Shown piece by piece: positions 17,659 to 30,417 of a DNA stretch of 64,000 nucleotides. Below the pieces are notes generated by a model that was not told the origin of the DNA, did no database searches, and saw only the letters and a program-made list of their open reading frames with translations. The position numbers and the translations under genes were made by a program. The stretch is from Bigelowiella natans CCMP2755 (Eukaryota; Protista; Cercozoa), in assembly GCA_000320545.1 (NCBI GenBank), contig ADNK01002144.1:1-64000 (forward strand). Reading direction: 5' to 3'. Numbering within the stretch: position 1 is the first letter of the stretch; each line of letters opens with the position of its first letter.

Positions 17659-20600
17659 TCAGCCAACGAAATCTGCAGGTTTATCCCATGTAACCTCCTG
17701 CGTCTCAATGTTCCAATAATACGTGTCTCCACTGGCTTGGTCCACAGTTGCACGCCACAGTGACACCGGTTTTGGAGGTGGTGGTTTTGGTGCTGCTGGT
17801 TTTGGAATGGGTGCTGGTGGTGCTGCTGGCTTTGTAGTATTCGAGCTAGTAGGAGGGCCACCAAATTTGAACACGGGTGCCTTCTTTAACGCCGCTCGTT
17901 TTGCAGCTACACTTCCAATATTTCCATGAGCAATTCGAGGGATTACCGGGCCGTTGGGGCTCCTCGGAGCTGGTTGTTTCCTTTCCATCCTGTTATTGAA
18001 GTTCAGCTTCCCAGGTTTGTTTCTCTGGATAATACCTCCTTGAGGCCGTGCGCCAGTTGGTAACGCCGGTTTGTGAGAGGTTGTTCCAAACTTCTTTGCC
18101 ACACCACCAAATTTAGGCACTGTTGGCTTCTTAGGCCCCCCACCACCAAATTTAGGTAGTGTTGGTTTCTTAGGCCCCCCACCACCAAATTTAGGTAGTG
18201 TTGGTTTCTTAGGCCCCCCCCCACCAAATTTAGGTAGTGTTGGCTTCTTGGCCATTGGCTTGGGGCCACCAAATCTAGGTACCGAAGGCTTAGGCGCCAT
18301 AGGCTTGGGTGCCATAGGCTTAGGCGCCATCGGCTTAGGCGCCATCGGCTTAGGCGCCATCGGCTTTGGCGCCATAGGCTTGCGAGCGTTATAATTGTTT
18401 CTGTTGGTGTCGTACGCTTTTGCGTCGGGTCTATCTGAAATATCCTCAACCTCGTTCCATTCTATTTGCTCATCTGCAACCTCTACTTGCAATCCTTGGT
18501 ATTGCGGAGCTGCCTTTTCTTCTTGTTGGAATCCGGCTTTTCTACGAAGTGTCTCGCCACCCATGATACGTTTCATTTCATTTTCGGTAGGAGGAGTTGT
18601 GCGAGCTCCACAGAATATAGCCTGATGCAATAAGGTTAAATACCTGGTGCGCTTAGATGCATCCTTGATCGTCTTTCGAAGCCAAACTTCAAAGTAATTC
18701 TCAAATTCAGGGTTAGGAGGAAAGGCCTCAAGGCACACAGCCATAGCAGACCACCCTTTGAAAGCACTTTGTGAATCAGGATTTTGAGTGAGTTGTTTTA
18801 TCATTTGGGCATATATTTCATCTCGGAGGGGTACTTTGTCCAGAGCTTCTGTCACCATTTCAATGAGTAGATGTTCTGGGAAATTGTACGACCGGTCACC
18901 CATATATCCAAGCAGGTTTCGAAACATACGAGTTCCGTCCTTCCCAGATTTGCCTGGAAGCTCGATAAGAGATGCATGGATGGGGGTTTTTGTCCATCTG
19001 AACATTGTGCGTTGCAACTCCTCCCTTGTAGAAGAGAACAAAGTAAATTTCAGGTTGGACCATTCTACAGGTGTTCTGAATTTCGGAAAGCCACGGAAGG
19101 TAAACATATCCCCTTGCTGCTTAAAGAACATATCCTTGATTTTGATGGTTATACGAATTGCTCGATCCTGGTCTTTTGAGCGCACAGCTGCCTTGAGTTG
19201 CTCTTGTGCAAATTTCTCAGGTGAAAGATCATACAGCATATGTTTAAGGTACTTAATATCTTCAGTCACATAGCTAATCTGTTCTGCACGATCGATTATA
19301 TTTTGCATCGGAGCCTGCAACAAATCATGACGAAAAAACTGTTAGAGGAGTTCGCTGCGGAATAATTTTAGAATTACTACTACCTCTTCCAGATTCTGGC
19401 GTTGGTAAGCACCAATATCTTCAATTGCTCTCTTTTCGTTCACAATCTTATCTAAACGATCCTGAGCTTGCCTGATCTTGTAAGGGTCAGCACCAGCTTG
19501 TTGCGCCTCTTGAAGGGCATTGCGTAGCTTATCCTCATCAAGCTCTTCCATTCCCGCACGCATTTCTGCCTCAACTCGTTTCTTCTCTTTCGCGTAATGA
19601 TACATTTCCCGCACCTTCTCGGCAATTTCTCCCTCCATGCCAATTTCATCTGCAGCCGCAACCGCTCGAGCGAAAGCTGAAAAATATCGCTCTGGGTCCT
19701 TATTTACGACATCGAGAAGGACCTTTTCCAACCTTTTCTCCTCTGAGTATTCATATTCAGTCCGAATTAACTTAAATGAAGATTAACGAACTTACACATT
19801 ATAAACATGTCTAAAAATTACCTTGAATACAGAAGATCCTTCGTTTCACTAAATTAATCTCTCGCATAGGATACTGTATATGACCACACTGTTGTAAGAC
19901 TGAATTGAGTTCGTCAAGGTTTCTGCTTTTCAGCACAGCTAATAATTTTGGTCTAATTGCAAGCATAGCTTTCAATTGCTTCTTAGCGATATATCTTCTG
20001 CAGTATCTCTCGATGAATATTGCACGTTTTTCTACTGCAACATTTCGAATAAGTTCCATTTTCCTATGGTCATCTGCCCTGTATAGAACCCTTCGTTCTC
20101 CGACTTGAGCAGCACGGGATTTCATATGATCCAAGAGAGCACGGCAAGCAGATTTGCCTCTTCCCCAGTTACGTTTCTGGTCGATACACTTGAATCGCTT
20201 GACAAAGTTTTCGTGGGTATATCGGAACGGAAATCCCTGCTTTCGAATTTTCACAGCCTCAAAAACTCCTGAATAACGCAGCTGCTCCAAGCACATGTTC
20301 ACTGTAAACTGCATGGGTGCCTTCTCCGAGTTCGGCTTGATGCAACGGATGTAATGTGGATAGGTCGTGTTCAAAGTGCGCATCAGATCGTTGAGCTGCT
20401 TGCGGAATTTAGCTCCTAAAGTTGTCTTGTCACCTTTGGTATCGTCCGAGGGGAACATGTGTGCGAGAAATTTGAATGACGAACCAGAGAGTAGGTCGTA
20501 AGCATCTTCATAAAGCCTATCCTTATTCTTCTCCAAAAATCCCACCGATTCATATTCTACATCACCGGCATAATGCTTGACAACAAAATTTTCAGGTCGT

Positions 20601-23145
20601 TTCAGAACCTTCAGGAAATACTTTTTATTTGGTACATGTGTCTTGATTAGCTTCGATACGTAGGTTTTATCACTTCCTCTGGGTAATTTCAATTCTTCGT
20701 CGATCATCGGAAGAATTCCTCTCGGTTTCTTTTCAATCAAATCAAGAACCGGCTGATTATCGATGTAAACGACCTTCTCATACCGAATCTTCTCTGCAGA
20801 ATAAAGTGCTTCTTCAAGCTTGAAAGTATGTTGATTGAAAAATTGTTGAAGCTTCTCGTTGGTGAAATTGATGCAGAGCTGCTCGAAGGAATTTGTTTTG
20901 AAGATCTCGAACCCGAAGATGTCTAAAATACCAATTGTCTTGCCTTTCACAAATTTACCCCTTCCAATTGACTTATTGATGCGTTTTACAAGCCAATCAA
21001 ACATATGTTCATATATAAACTTTGACAGAGCATCTCGTGCAGCTGTAGCTTCCTCTACACTTAATCCTACCTCGATGGGGTCCTGTCCTCGCAATCTCAA
21101 CATTCGCGTAGTCACTACCTTTTCGAGTTGTCGCTCATCAACCTCAAAAAGTTTGGCAGCGGGTGAAAGATTAGATCTTTGCTTAACTCCACATTTACGA
21201 TCTCCTGTTGATTTGAAAGCTATATTTCCCATGTGGAGAACCCCCGCAGTGATTCGCAGAACATCATTTTGCTCCTTTTTGGTAAATTCCAAGGTCTCAA
21301 ACGATTTCATTAGAGTCCGCCATTCCTCAACGTCATCCATTCCATCAACACCCGTTTCTGATTGGTTGATATAATGGTAATCATCCAGATCTCCGAGCAT
21401 GAGGTTCCTTTTCAGATCATCACTACCACCTCGGAGCAACTGGTAAAATATGTGGTAGTTTCTTTCTCCAGGACCCAAAACAACCACACGGGACTTCTCG
21501 AGCAAATAGTTTTGGATGTTAGATCCACAGATCCTCATACGTTTGTCAAAAAAAATCTCGACGTATTTGCCAAAGCGACTCGAGTTGTTGTTTCTCGTGG
21601 TCTTCGCATTACCAAATGCCTCCATAATGGGGTTTGCAAGCAATATTTTTTCCTCCACTCCGCCTTCAGAATCGGCAACCTCCGCCAAGTATTTGAGGCA
21701 AAATTTGGTGCAAACAGTCTTACCTGCTCCAGATTCGCCACTGATTACTATTGACTGCGCAGTCTTCTCTGTGGTTCCTTCCAATAGGTTCCGATATGAT
21801 TCAGATGCAATGTGGAATACATGCGGAGGCAGTATTCGATTTCCCCGTTTTGCATACTTATCAATTATGGTTGGAGTGTAGAGTGGGAGCTTCTTAAAGG
21901 GATTCACTGCTATCAATATGCTACCAACATTCGTATAAATTTGGTTATTTTTGAATCGCTCTTGTAAATTCCACATTATCAATGGCTCATTAAGATCATC
22001 AAGGAGGACAAGATCCTGCTCTGTTCTTCGCAGGTTAAACCAATCTAGTTTAACGCATTTGTTAGCCTTTTTAGGACCAACTTGGCGAGATTCCCCAGTC
22101 TCAGTTTCTATTTGTATAGCTCCGTTTCCCATTCTATTTAGAACTTTCCCTTTGATAAAACCCTCATATTGGTCTGGTACCCAGATCCACTCACCATCTC
22201 TGACTTTATCGTCATCTGTTTGAAATACATCTGGGATATCGTAAGTTGTTTCCTCACTGATTGTGTTATGATAATAAACTGTTCCATCCGCAGCCACCAA
22301 TCGTCTCCATCCCTCATTTGGAACTTCTTCGGCAATCTGATATTTTATCGTCAATATACAAGCGATACAAATATGTACAATTGCGTATACTTACCCGTTT
22401 AAATTCAATTGATTCTGAGATGGACTTGTTCTTCTCCCGTGTTTGGTGGCGAGGCTGTTGCTGCGACTGCCCGCCTCCTCCAAATCTCTTTGGACCTCCT
22501 CCCCCTCCGAACTTAGGTGGGCCACGGGGAGGACCTTTTTTCACTATTGGAAGAACAGGTGCGCACCACAATCAGATTCAGGAATAAATAAGTTTAACTG
22601 ACGCCTAGGACTACCTGGCTTTGGTTTCGGTTTGGGTTTGGGCTTGAGGGCTTCCTTCACTTTGGGGAGCTGGCCAAGATCAAGCCATTGTTCCATATTT
22701 TCTGAAGAGAGTCAAAGTGAGACACACAACCAAAAAATGGAGTGGAAGAATACATACGATTCCATAGAAGACAACTGTCGTCAAGTTGATTGTACACAGC
22801 TTTCAGTTGATCCCACGAGACCGGGCCCTTTTGAACGTCGTCCAACCCGACGTAATACCTACAATTATCGATCATGACTGTGCAAGTAGTTGTACCCAAT
22901 ACCATAAAAATTATTAAACCATGCCCTAAAACAGTTGGGTTGATTAATGGACTTCTTTCAATGGTGAAGGGGCTCTGTATGCTTTTATGGTGTCATGCCT
23001 TCAATATACCCTCACATCGCTCTTTAATAGTTTTTCGAGAACAATGTACAGTAGCACATGTCCCGTAAGTGATTACTTTTGACTAATTTCAAAATTCTTT
23101 CGAAGTAATAAATTGCTACCATTCCACTTTCTCGTAGGAAGCCAT
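17659..23145 (-). CDS. Myosin heavy chain, class IV-like: GYF_2-like, WW, SH3-like, motor, IQ, MyTH4, Pro-rich, WW
   Basis: Motor motifs GESGAGKT, EAFGNAKTTRNNNSSRFGK and LDIFGFE. MyTH4 segment LRDEIYAQMIKQLTQNP. WW domains GWRRLVAADGTVYYHNTISEETTYDIP and LWRATVDQASGDTYYWNIETQEVTWDKP. The first exons splice to MASYEKVEW|YYVGLDDVQKGPVSWDQL. Confidence 0.93.
18100..18380 (-). repeat. Coding tandem repeats in the myosin tail: about 6x PKPMA (15 bp) and about 4x KKPTLPKFGGGGP (39 bp)
   Basis: Directly visible in ORF 17659..19323 and in the DNA (ggcttaggcgccat; ccaccaaatttaggtagtgttggtttcttaggcc). Confidence 0.9.
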
Positions 23146-23969
23146 TTCCGTCCGAGGTACTCGAAGAGGCAGAGGTAGAGGATATCCAGTTGACCGCTGT
23201 GGTTGTGTTGATTTGCCTGATTCCTGCTTTACGAAAAGGCTTCAAAATAGTCACAAGGATGCGATTTTTTGTTGTTGGTGGCACAAAATGGAACGCATTC
23301 AATAGATAATTCAAAATAATAATAACAACAATCTAGATTTTTAGATTGCACGAATCTTATACTCGTACTGGGCTGTGCACATTAACTAAAGAAGTAAACC
23401 CCTTCATTTCCTCGATTTTCGGTGTCGCACGTGTCCGGTTGAAAAATGGCGAAGGGATGAGATTTTATATCTTGCGACGTGCATGATTGAGTAGTCGCAG
23501 TACTGTAACTGCGAAAAACAACGAACAATTTAAGATTCTTGGAGGATCCTCGTTCACAGTCGCCGTTCCACGGTGTGATCAGTTTTCCACGATTTTCGGC
23601 GAGAAAAAGTGAAAAACTTGTAGATACAAGTGAAGTCGTAGGGATCTTCGGCAAACTAGAGAAATTGGTGGAGGTATTTCTATCTTAAACAAACTGATGA
23701 TAATATGAAAAAATGCTTACATGTAGTAAAAATAAGAATTACACGTTCAGAGATCACAATCTCAACTCGTACGTGCTTCTTCTGCTTTTCATAACTAAAG
23801 CCGTGTGTGCGTGAATCTCAATTCTGGTGAGGAAAAGCAACTTAAACGTTTGTAGACAAGGATGTAGAACGGAAGAAATTGAACTCTTGTAGATTAAAAT
23901 GGTAGATAACTTGAAGCGCTAACCAGAGAGTTGATGTTGAACTTACCCTGTGGCAGTGTGCAAGGGAGA

Positions 23970-26056
23970 ATGGCAGAACTTCAAAAAGCAAATGGGCTTA
24001 TTCCAAAAATCACTGCAGCCGAACCGTTATCAAAGGAATGGGCTCAAGTTGTAAAGTACAAATACAGATAATATCTCTGCAACGACGTTCGAATTAATAC
24101 GATTCGCGAATGCGTGTGATCTTAGAGTGATTTCATCAATCTCCAAGTTGGTGGGATCTGAACGCGAAGCAAAGACACTTGCTCAAAGCCCAGTAAAGAT
24201 GTGATTGGTGTTCAACTATCTGGCCTAGTCTTCATGCCAACTACCTACTCAGATTGTGATGTCGATGCTGCGCCAAAAGAAATTACATGGCTTATTGCAC
24301 ATGTTCGAAAGGTAGTGGCATTCCTTTGTTAAAAATGCAATTTTGAGATTTTCCCCTTCAGTTATAGAGCTGTGATGGCTGACAGCAAGGAAAGAGAGGT
24401 AGACACTTCGAACTCAACACCAATCTTATAGTAACCAAGTAATTTTAGGCAAAGATCAACAGTTTAAAGCAGTCGGAAGATATCAACGAGTAATTTATCA
24501 TTGTTCAATCCCAAGATGTATGGTAAGATTATGTGTTTGATCATAGTGCAAACAAAGTATTGAAGGCGTTTGAGATGGACACTCACATAATTTTAAATCA
24601 AGCTTTCAAGGTGAATTAACGAAATAACTAATGAACACAATAGCTAATGCTTATTCGATCACCATGTTTTAATTATTGATTCATTCTGTTTGATTTAGTT
24701 TCTGATGATTCACCAACGATCAAACTTCGATTCGATATTCGGTCTTTATGCGGGAATGTTAAAAGACTGCCTTAAGGATAGCGAGGAGAACAAAAAAGTG
24801 CTCATCTGTGGGGTAGACTTCACAAGCTTCTCTGTCCTCAAGGTCAACTTTAATCTACGTTTTAAGCAACCTGCCTAAGTTGGTTGTTCTCACATAGTCT
24901 CTCCTCCGAACTGTGGTTCATATCGGAAGTTTTGATGAAGATCGCATGATGGATCCTATCAAGAAGTTTAACGTGGTCAACCTTGTAATTTCGGTTGTAC
25001 ATTCAAGGTAGCAGAATAGAAGGGTCTTGCTAAGCTTGAGTTGACATCAAAGTTTTGAATTTGCACACCTTTTCATAGGATGAAGGAGTTACGCGCATTT
25101 GCAGCAGCTGCTGCTGTGATGTTTTTGGACGTTTGTTTTGATACAGACGCTTTCACCACAACGGTCACAACGATCCGTTCTTCAATCAGCGTTCATACTT
25201 AACCGTATTGTTTACTCTTTTAGCCTGCAGACTTTATTGTGAAGGAAAATCATAAAAAGCTTGCCGAGATAAATGTATTCTTTAATACATTATCAAACAT
25301 TACAATTGTTTTATACCCGATTTGTAATTTGTACTTTGTTTCCAGGAATACGTTGCAAAACCATTAGCGAAACTAGAAATGTTAAAGAAAAAGCCTCGCA
25401 ATGTATCTCGGTAAGGATTTATAGATTCAGCAATTGCTAAACCTTAAATGATATTATTTGGCTGTCACAAAAGATGGGCAGGGAAACTTGGAGCCTCTGA
25501 CAAAGATGTCGAAGTCAACGAGGAGCTTTTAAAGGCCGTCATGGATCAGCTAACTCTTACAGCGAAGGTTCTCATCTTTTCTACTCCATCAATATCTTTA
25601 TTAAGCATATCCGACAATTTTTTTGTCAGATGAAGGGGACTGAGGAGAAACCACCCTCGAAAAATCAGCTTAAATACGGCACCAAAAAACGATCTAACAT
25701 TATTTTTTAAATTTGAACGAGAATTTACGAACTAGCTATCTCAGACCCATCTTATGACCGGGTAGGCTCAATCCAAATGATTGAAGCAACGGAGTAGGCA
25801 TTGATTCCCTTCAGAAATAACGCTGCAGAGCTGTGAAGAATTAGCGAAGCAGGAAAGTCTAAACAACTTTTTCTTGTTTCATCCCATTGTATGGAGAACG
25901 ATGATGCCATCCAAATGCGTGAGGACGGAATGTTTGATTAAGCTCATCGAGCCCATTCTTAACGTGCGTGGACACCTAGCAAATCACCTAGCACATGGCC
26001 TAGCTAGATGTACACAGATTGCTGATTTAACATGCCCAACCTGTTTGTCAGCATGA
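23970..26056 (+). CDS. Uncharacterised protein with many short exons; start and end uncertain
   Basis: A chain of GT-AG-bounded exons gives continuous plausible protein, e.g. MAELQKANGLIPKITAAEPLSKEWAQV, IVMSMLRQKKLHGLLHMFE, SLLRTVVHIGSFDEDRMMDPIKKFNV and EYVAKPLAKLEMLKKKP. No family recognised. Confidence 0.5.
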
Positions 26057-26547
26057 TTGCGAATGCAACTACCGACCGCATCTTTCGTCCATCCTACGAT
26101 GTAATGTCATGGAGCCACGCATCGCAGCCGCTTGTCATTAGCGCTGTCGTACATGCAGCATGCAGTGCATATGCACAGGCCTAGCTGCTAACAGTGCATG
26201 CAACTTTACGTTGTTGTTGCTGACCCTGTTCATTTGGCTTTTTGACGATGGGTTCATTCATATGTTCCGATCGATCCTGCGCTAGCCTGCTGGACCTCAT
26301 CATTGCGTACAACAATGCTTCGAGGTTTTCCATTCTAGCATTGCTGGGGTAAGCTAAGATCAACGCATCTAGATATGTAATATCAGAACGGTGACATGTC
26401 TAGATGTGACGATTTGTAGGCAAACCGCACAAAATGCGAAAACATCTGCTACAAACATCAGTTAGTTCCCGCGGTGGCCAAGAAATCAATCAATAACCAA
26501 TGGAGCGCAGGGCTAGGAGAGTGAACTTTCCTCTCATCGTGTATGCA

Positions 26548-29500
26548 TCATTTCTTTTTCTTCTTCTTTTTTTTCTTCCCGCTTGCTTTTTTTGCTTCTG
26601 CTTGAGCTTTCTTAGCAATCTCTTTGAGCCTTTCGTTCCTCTCCGATGCCTCGGCGTCCTTGATAATTGCTCAGTATCAGTGGGAAGTCACGTAGTAACA
26701 AATAATTACTTTACACTGTATCGTTACCTTGTCCCCGTTTATTTCAAAATCTCTGACAAACCATTCGAGGTCCTGTCATAAATGCATATATTATTGAAAT
26801 ACTCTTCCCTACGTAAGTTAAGTAACGACCAAAAGTTCGAACCTTAAACTCAAAATGAATCATGGTCGGATGAGAATATTTGACAAGATACTTGACAATT
26901 CTAGATAAATCCTTTGCTTCTTTCACCTGGGCCAAATTAAGTCAAAGGTTTATATTAAGTGCAAATCAAATGAGCATGCATGCAGTAGATTCGCAAATAA
27001 CAATCAAGGCACCTTCTCGTTCACAACGATTTGGCCCTTCGCAACTTCCTAAATAACGTTAGATACTCTATGAAGAAATGTCACTTGACCATCATTTTAG
27101 CAAAATAGTTTCACGTAGTAAGAACCCATAAGTGCTTCGCCATAACGGGTCGGATGGGATTATCCGTCAGACACAAGGCTTTTAACTTGCTCGATTTAAT
27201 CTGTTGAAATACAATTCATCAACAATATGATTTGCAAACTTCAGCACGGAATCTACCTCTTCAATGATCGTTGTCCATACTGAATTATTCCTAATCTTGT
27301 TTGATGCTAGATTTAAGACCTAACCACAGAAAGGCTTCTATAAGACAATCTTTTCCACACAACGTAAAAGAAATGCTACCTTCAGGTCGGAGCGAAATAT
27401 CAAGCTCCATACGTCAATTTTTTCATTCTAAAAACCGAGTTCAAAATTCAAATCTTCTCGACAAAATAAAATTTGGTTTGAACTAACAATGCATTCCATC
27501 TAGGACAAAAACAGTATAATGTTGATATGTGCAATGTTGGATTACATCTGGAACAGAAAGCACAGGCTCCCCTTTGATTGCATTCCACGCTATTTGTAAC
27601 TTCGTCAAACCCTGCACGAAGATTGCAAAGGTGATATTGGAAACTTCTGCATAAAACAGTGAACTAGAACGTCGTATGACTCACTTCGTTCTCAGCGACT
27701 CCAAGGGCAATATGCTTAAATCCTAATGATTAGGTTTCATTAAGTCGAGATGAGATTGTGCTTTACTCAACCATCACCATGATCGCCTAATTGGTTCCAT
27801 GAAAGATCAAGTTCTTCTAGCTTAGTGTTGACCTAAACAAGAGATACGTCCATTAATGAATCAACTTAGTTTGATGTTGAATACGCACCCGAAGAACATC
27901 CTTAATAGCAACTGCCCCCTTAGCGGAGATACGGCACCCTCTTAGGTCGAGTGCCTTATAGACCACAAAAAAGTTAAATCATTAGGAAAGAAGAGTGTAT
28001 TACACCAAATATCATCAATTACCGTTAAAGAACTATTCTCTTTCAGACCCTCCATCAGTTCAATGACGGCTAAACAAGATTTTGTCAAATAAGGTCTCAT
28101 TATCGTCAAGAATTATCTACAACCCACCGAGATCTCCAATTTCGCTGTTTCCAAGTGAGAGGAACTCTAAATTCTGCGACACCTTTAATGTCATTGCAAT
28201 GCTGTACCTGCATGCCATGGCTATTAGTAGGAACATCATAATGTAACATCGTAAGGAGGGCAACATACATTGAGACCACAACTTTAAGTCCCTTTGTTTC
28301 CTACTCAACCAATTATTTTTTTAGATATCATAAAGGACTGTTTAGTCAAGAATTCCACAACCTTTTTTTGACCAGAATCTCTCGAGGCCTTTGTATTCCA
28401 TAATTCGTCTATCAACCATTGCTCGCGAAGATACCTATAGGAGTTTTGCCGATTAAAACAACCACAGTAAATAGTATCCTAGACAAGATTGAATCACAGT
28501 TTTGTACTTGATATTTTTACCATGGATCATTGTATTTGCCTCCGCTTTTAAGCTGAATCTTCCCACTTTTTCTAAATTCTTCTAGCTGTCATTATTATAC
28601 AGGCATTCAGTATCTTATGGGCCAGAATCGTGGCAATCTCACCTCTGATGCTGATAAGTGGATCGCACCGCCCGAAGCAATTTTATTTTCACTAATTGAC
28701 GGAAATCATATCTTTGCTTGCAAGTATTATGTGGCACGTAGTGAGAACAAATACAAATTTCGTAGCAGAAACAGCAACAATAATAAAGCTTCTTCCTTGT
28801 GACATACTTAAAGCTAAGTTTTGAGATGAAATCGTTGCCACGAAGCGCGTGAGCGATGACTGCACATCCTCTCTGCCTACAGGGAAAGCCCACCAGAATA
28901 ACATAAAATATATATCCCCACAGTATCTAAAAGAAATGCTTGATACGTAGAGATGATGTTTGTACCCGATTTGATTGTCCGATAAGTCGATCGCAGTTAA
29001 ATTGCTATTCACCTGAAATTTAACTTTAATTTTGTGACTTCAGAAGGTTAGAGATAACTACTTTTATAGCTTCTGCCAGAGCAACTGCGTGCATATCTTC
29101 GATCCCATATCCTTCCTGAAATAAAACCCAATGTAACAATTAGGATTTCAATGAATAATGCGGGAGTAAATGTTACCGATCTAACATAGGACATATAAGT
29201 TTACACATGTAGTGGACATATGATATCTTTTCAAAGATCTATGTAACATACCACATTCAAGGTATCCGTTCGAAGTTGCTTCGCTATCTTAACAGATGGA
29301 TACACTTGCAGCTCCCTACCAGTAGATGTCGAGATTGTAAACAAGCATCGGATTACCATTTTTTTTTACACCCTTTCAACTTACTTGCACTTTTTGGTGT
29401 AAGCCACCTGAAAACATAAACAACATTGAGATTTCCTTTATGAGTATGGATGACTATCAGCACCTCTCCAGATTCCATGATCTGCTTGAATTCCTTTTGA

Positions 29501-29908
29501 TCTAAAATATTTATCCTCAAAAATCGAACTCATAATGAGGAGAGTGAATACATACTGAAGCGTTCTTTAGTTCTGTATAAGGTAGACCTATTCTTTTCCT
29601 CCGATTCCCTGTCAAACAATCAGTTCGAAAGCATGCCGTAGACTATAAAATTAGGCGACTACCGATGCGATAATTCATCCCGCGTTTCCTATGTGTCCGA
29701 GATGTGTTTCAGATTGTATCAAATGAGCAACTCTTTTCTTTTACCGCTATCACAGTTGCAAAATCACATTGGCCTTTTCCTTTCTCCAGCAACTCTAGCG
29801 AGAATCTACCGTGAATACAAACATCAGAGCTTCATCGTCTGTGTTTCTTTTGACATACCTAACTTCGTCCTTCTTCCGAGCCTTCGCATTTTTCGGCGAA
29901 CTAGACAT
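26548..29908 (-). CDS. RNI-like leucine-rich-repeat protein with poly-Lys C-terminus; many short introns
   Basis: LRR exons NSNLTAIDLSDNQIG, QNLEFLSLGNSEIGDLG, LDLRGCRISAKGAVAIKDVLR, NTKLEELDLSWNQLGD and LTKLQIAWNAI. Ends ..KASGKKKKKKKKK*. Confidence 0.8.
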
Positions 29909-30212
29909 GCTCCTTGCTTGGTGCAGTTCGGACTCGGTGAACAGGCGTTTCAAAGGCGCCGCTTGTTTTTGAGAGTGGAGCTCTAGTGATGTAGGTAGGG
30001 TTAGTATGATTTTAGATGAGCAACTACTCTTCTTCTGCTACTTCTTAATCTTCCGCGGCCACCCGTTGTTCTCTTCTCACACTTTTGAGTTTTTCTTCTC
30101 TTTGAGTAGATCCAGTGAAGTTGATGAAGTCCTCGTCGTATCGGTTTCGGTTATGTACGGTTCAGTGTGTAGTTACGACAATATTTTGTGAAAAGACTAC
30201 CAGGAGAAGGTA

Positions 30213-30243
<31 letters not shown>

Positions 30244-30417
30244 CTTTTCCATCACAATTATTGATCAGAGATATTATTGGAGCAGAGAGGGACAACTGAT
30301 CATCTGTTGTTGCGGTATCAACAACAATCACTATCATCCAGTTTTAGGCCACAAATTCTTTGCTGAACTTCAACAGTTTAGCAAAAATATTTCTGTTGAA
30401 TCAGTATATAATATCTG

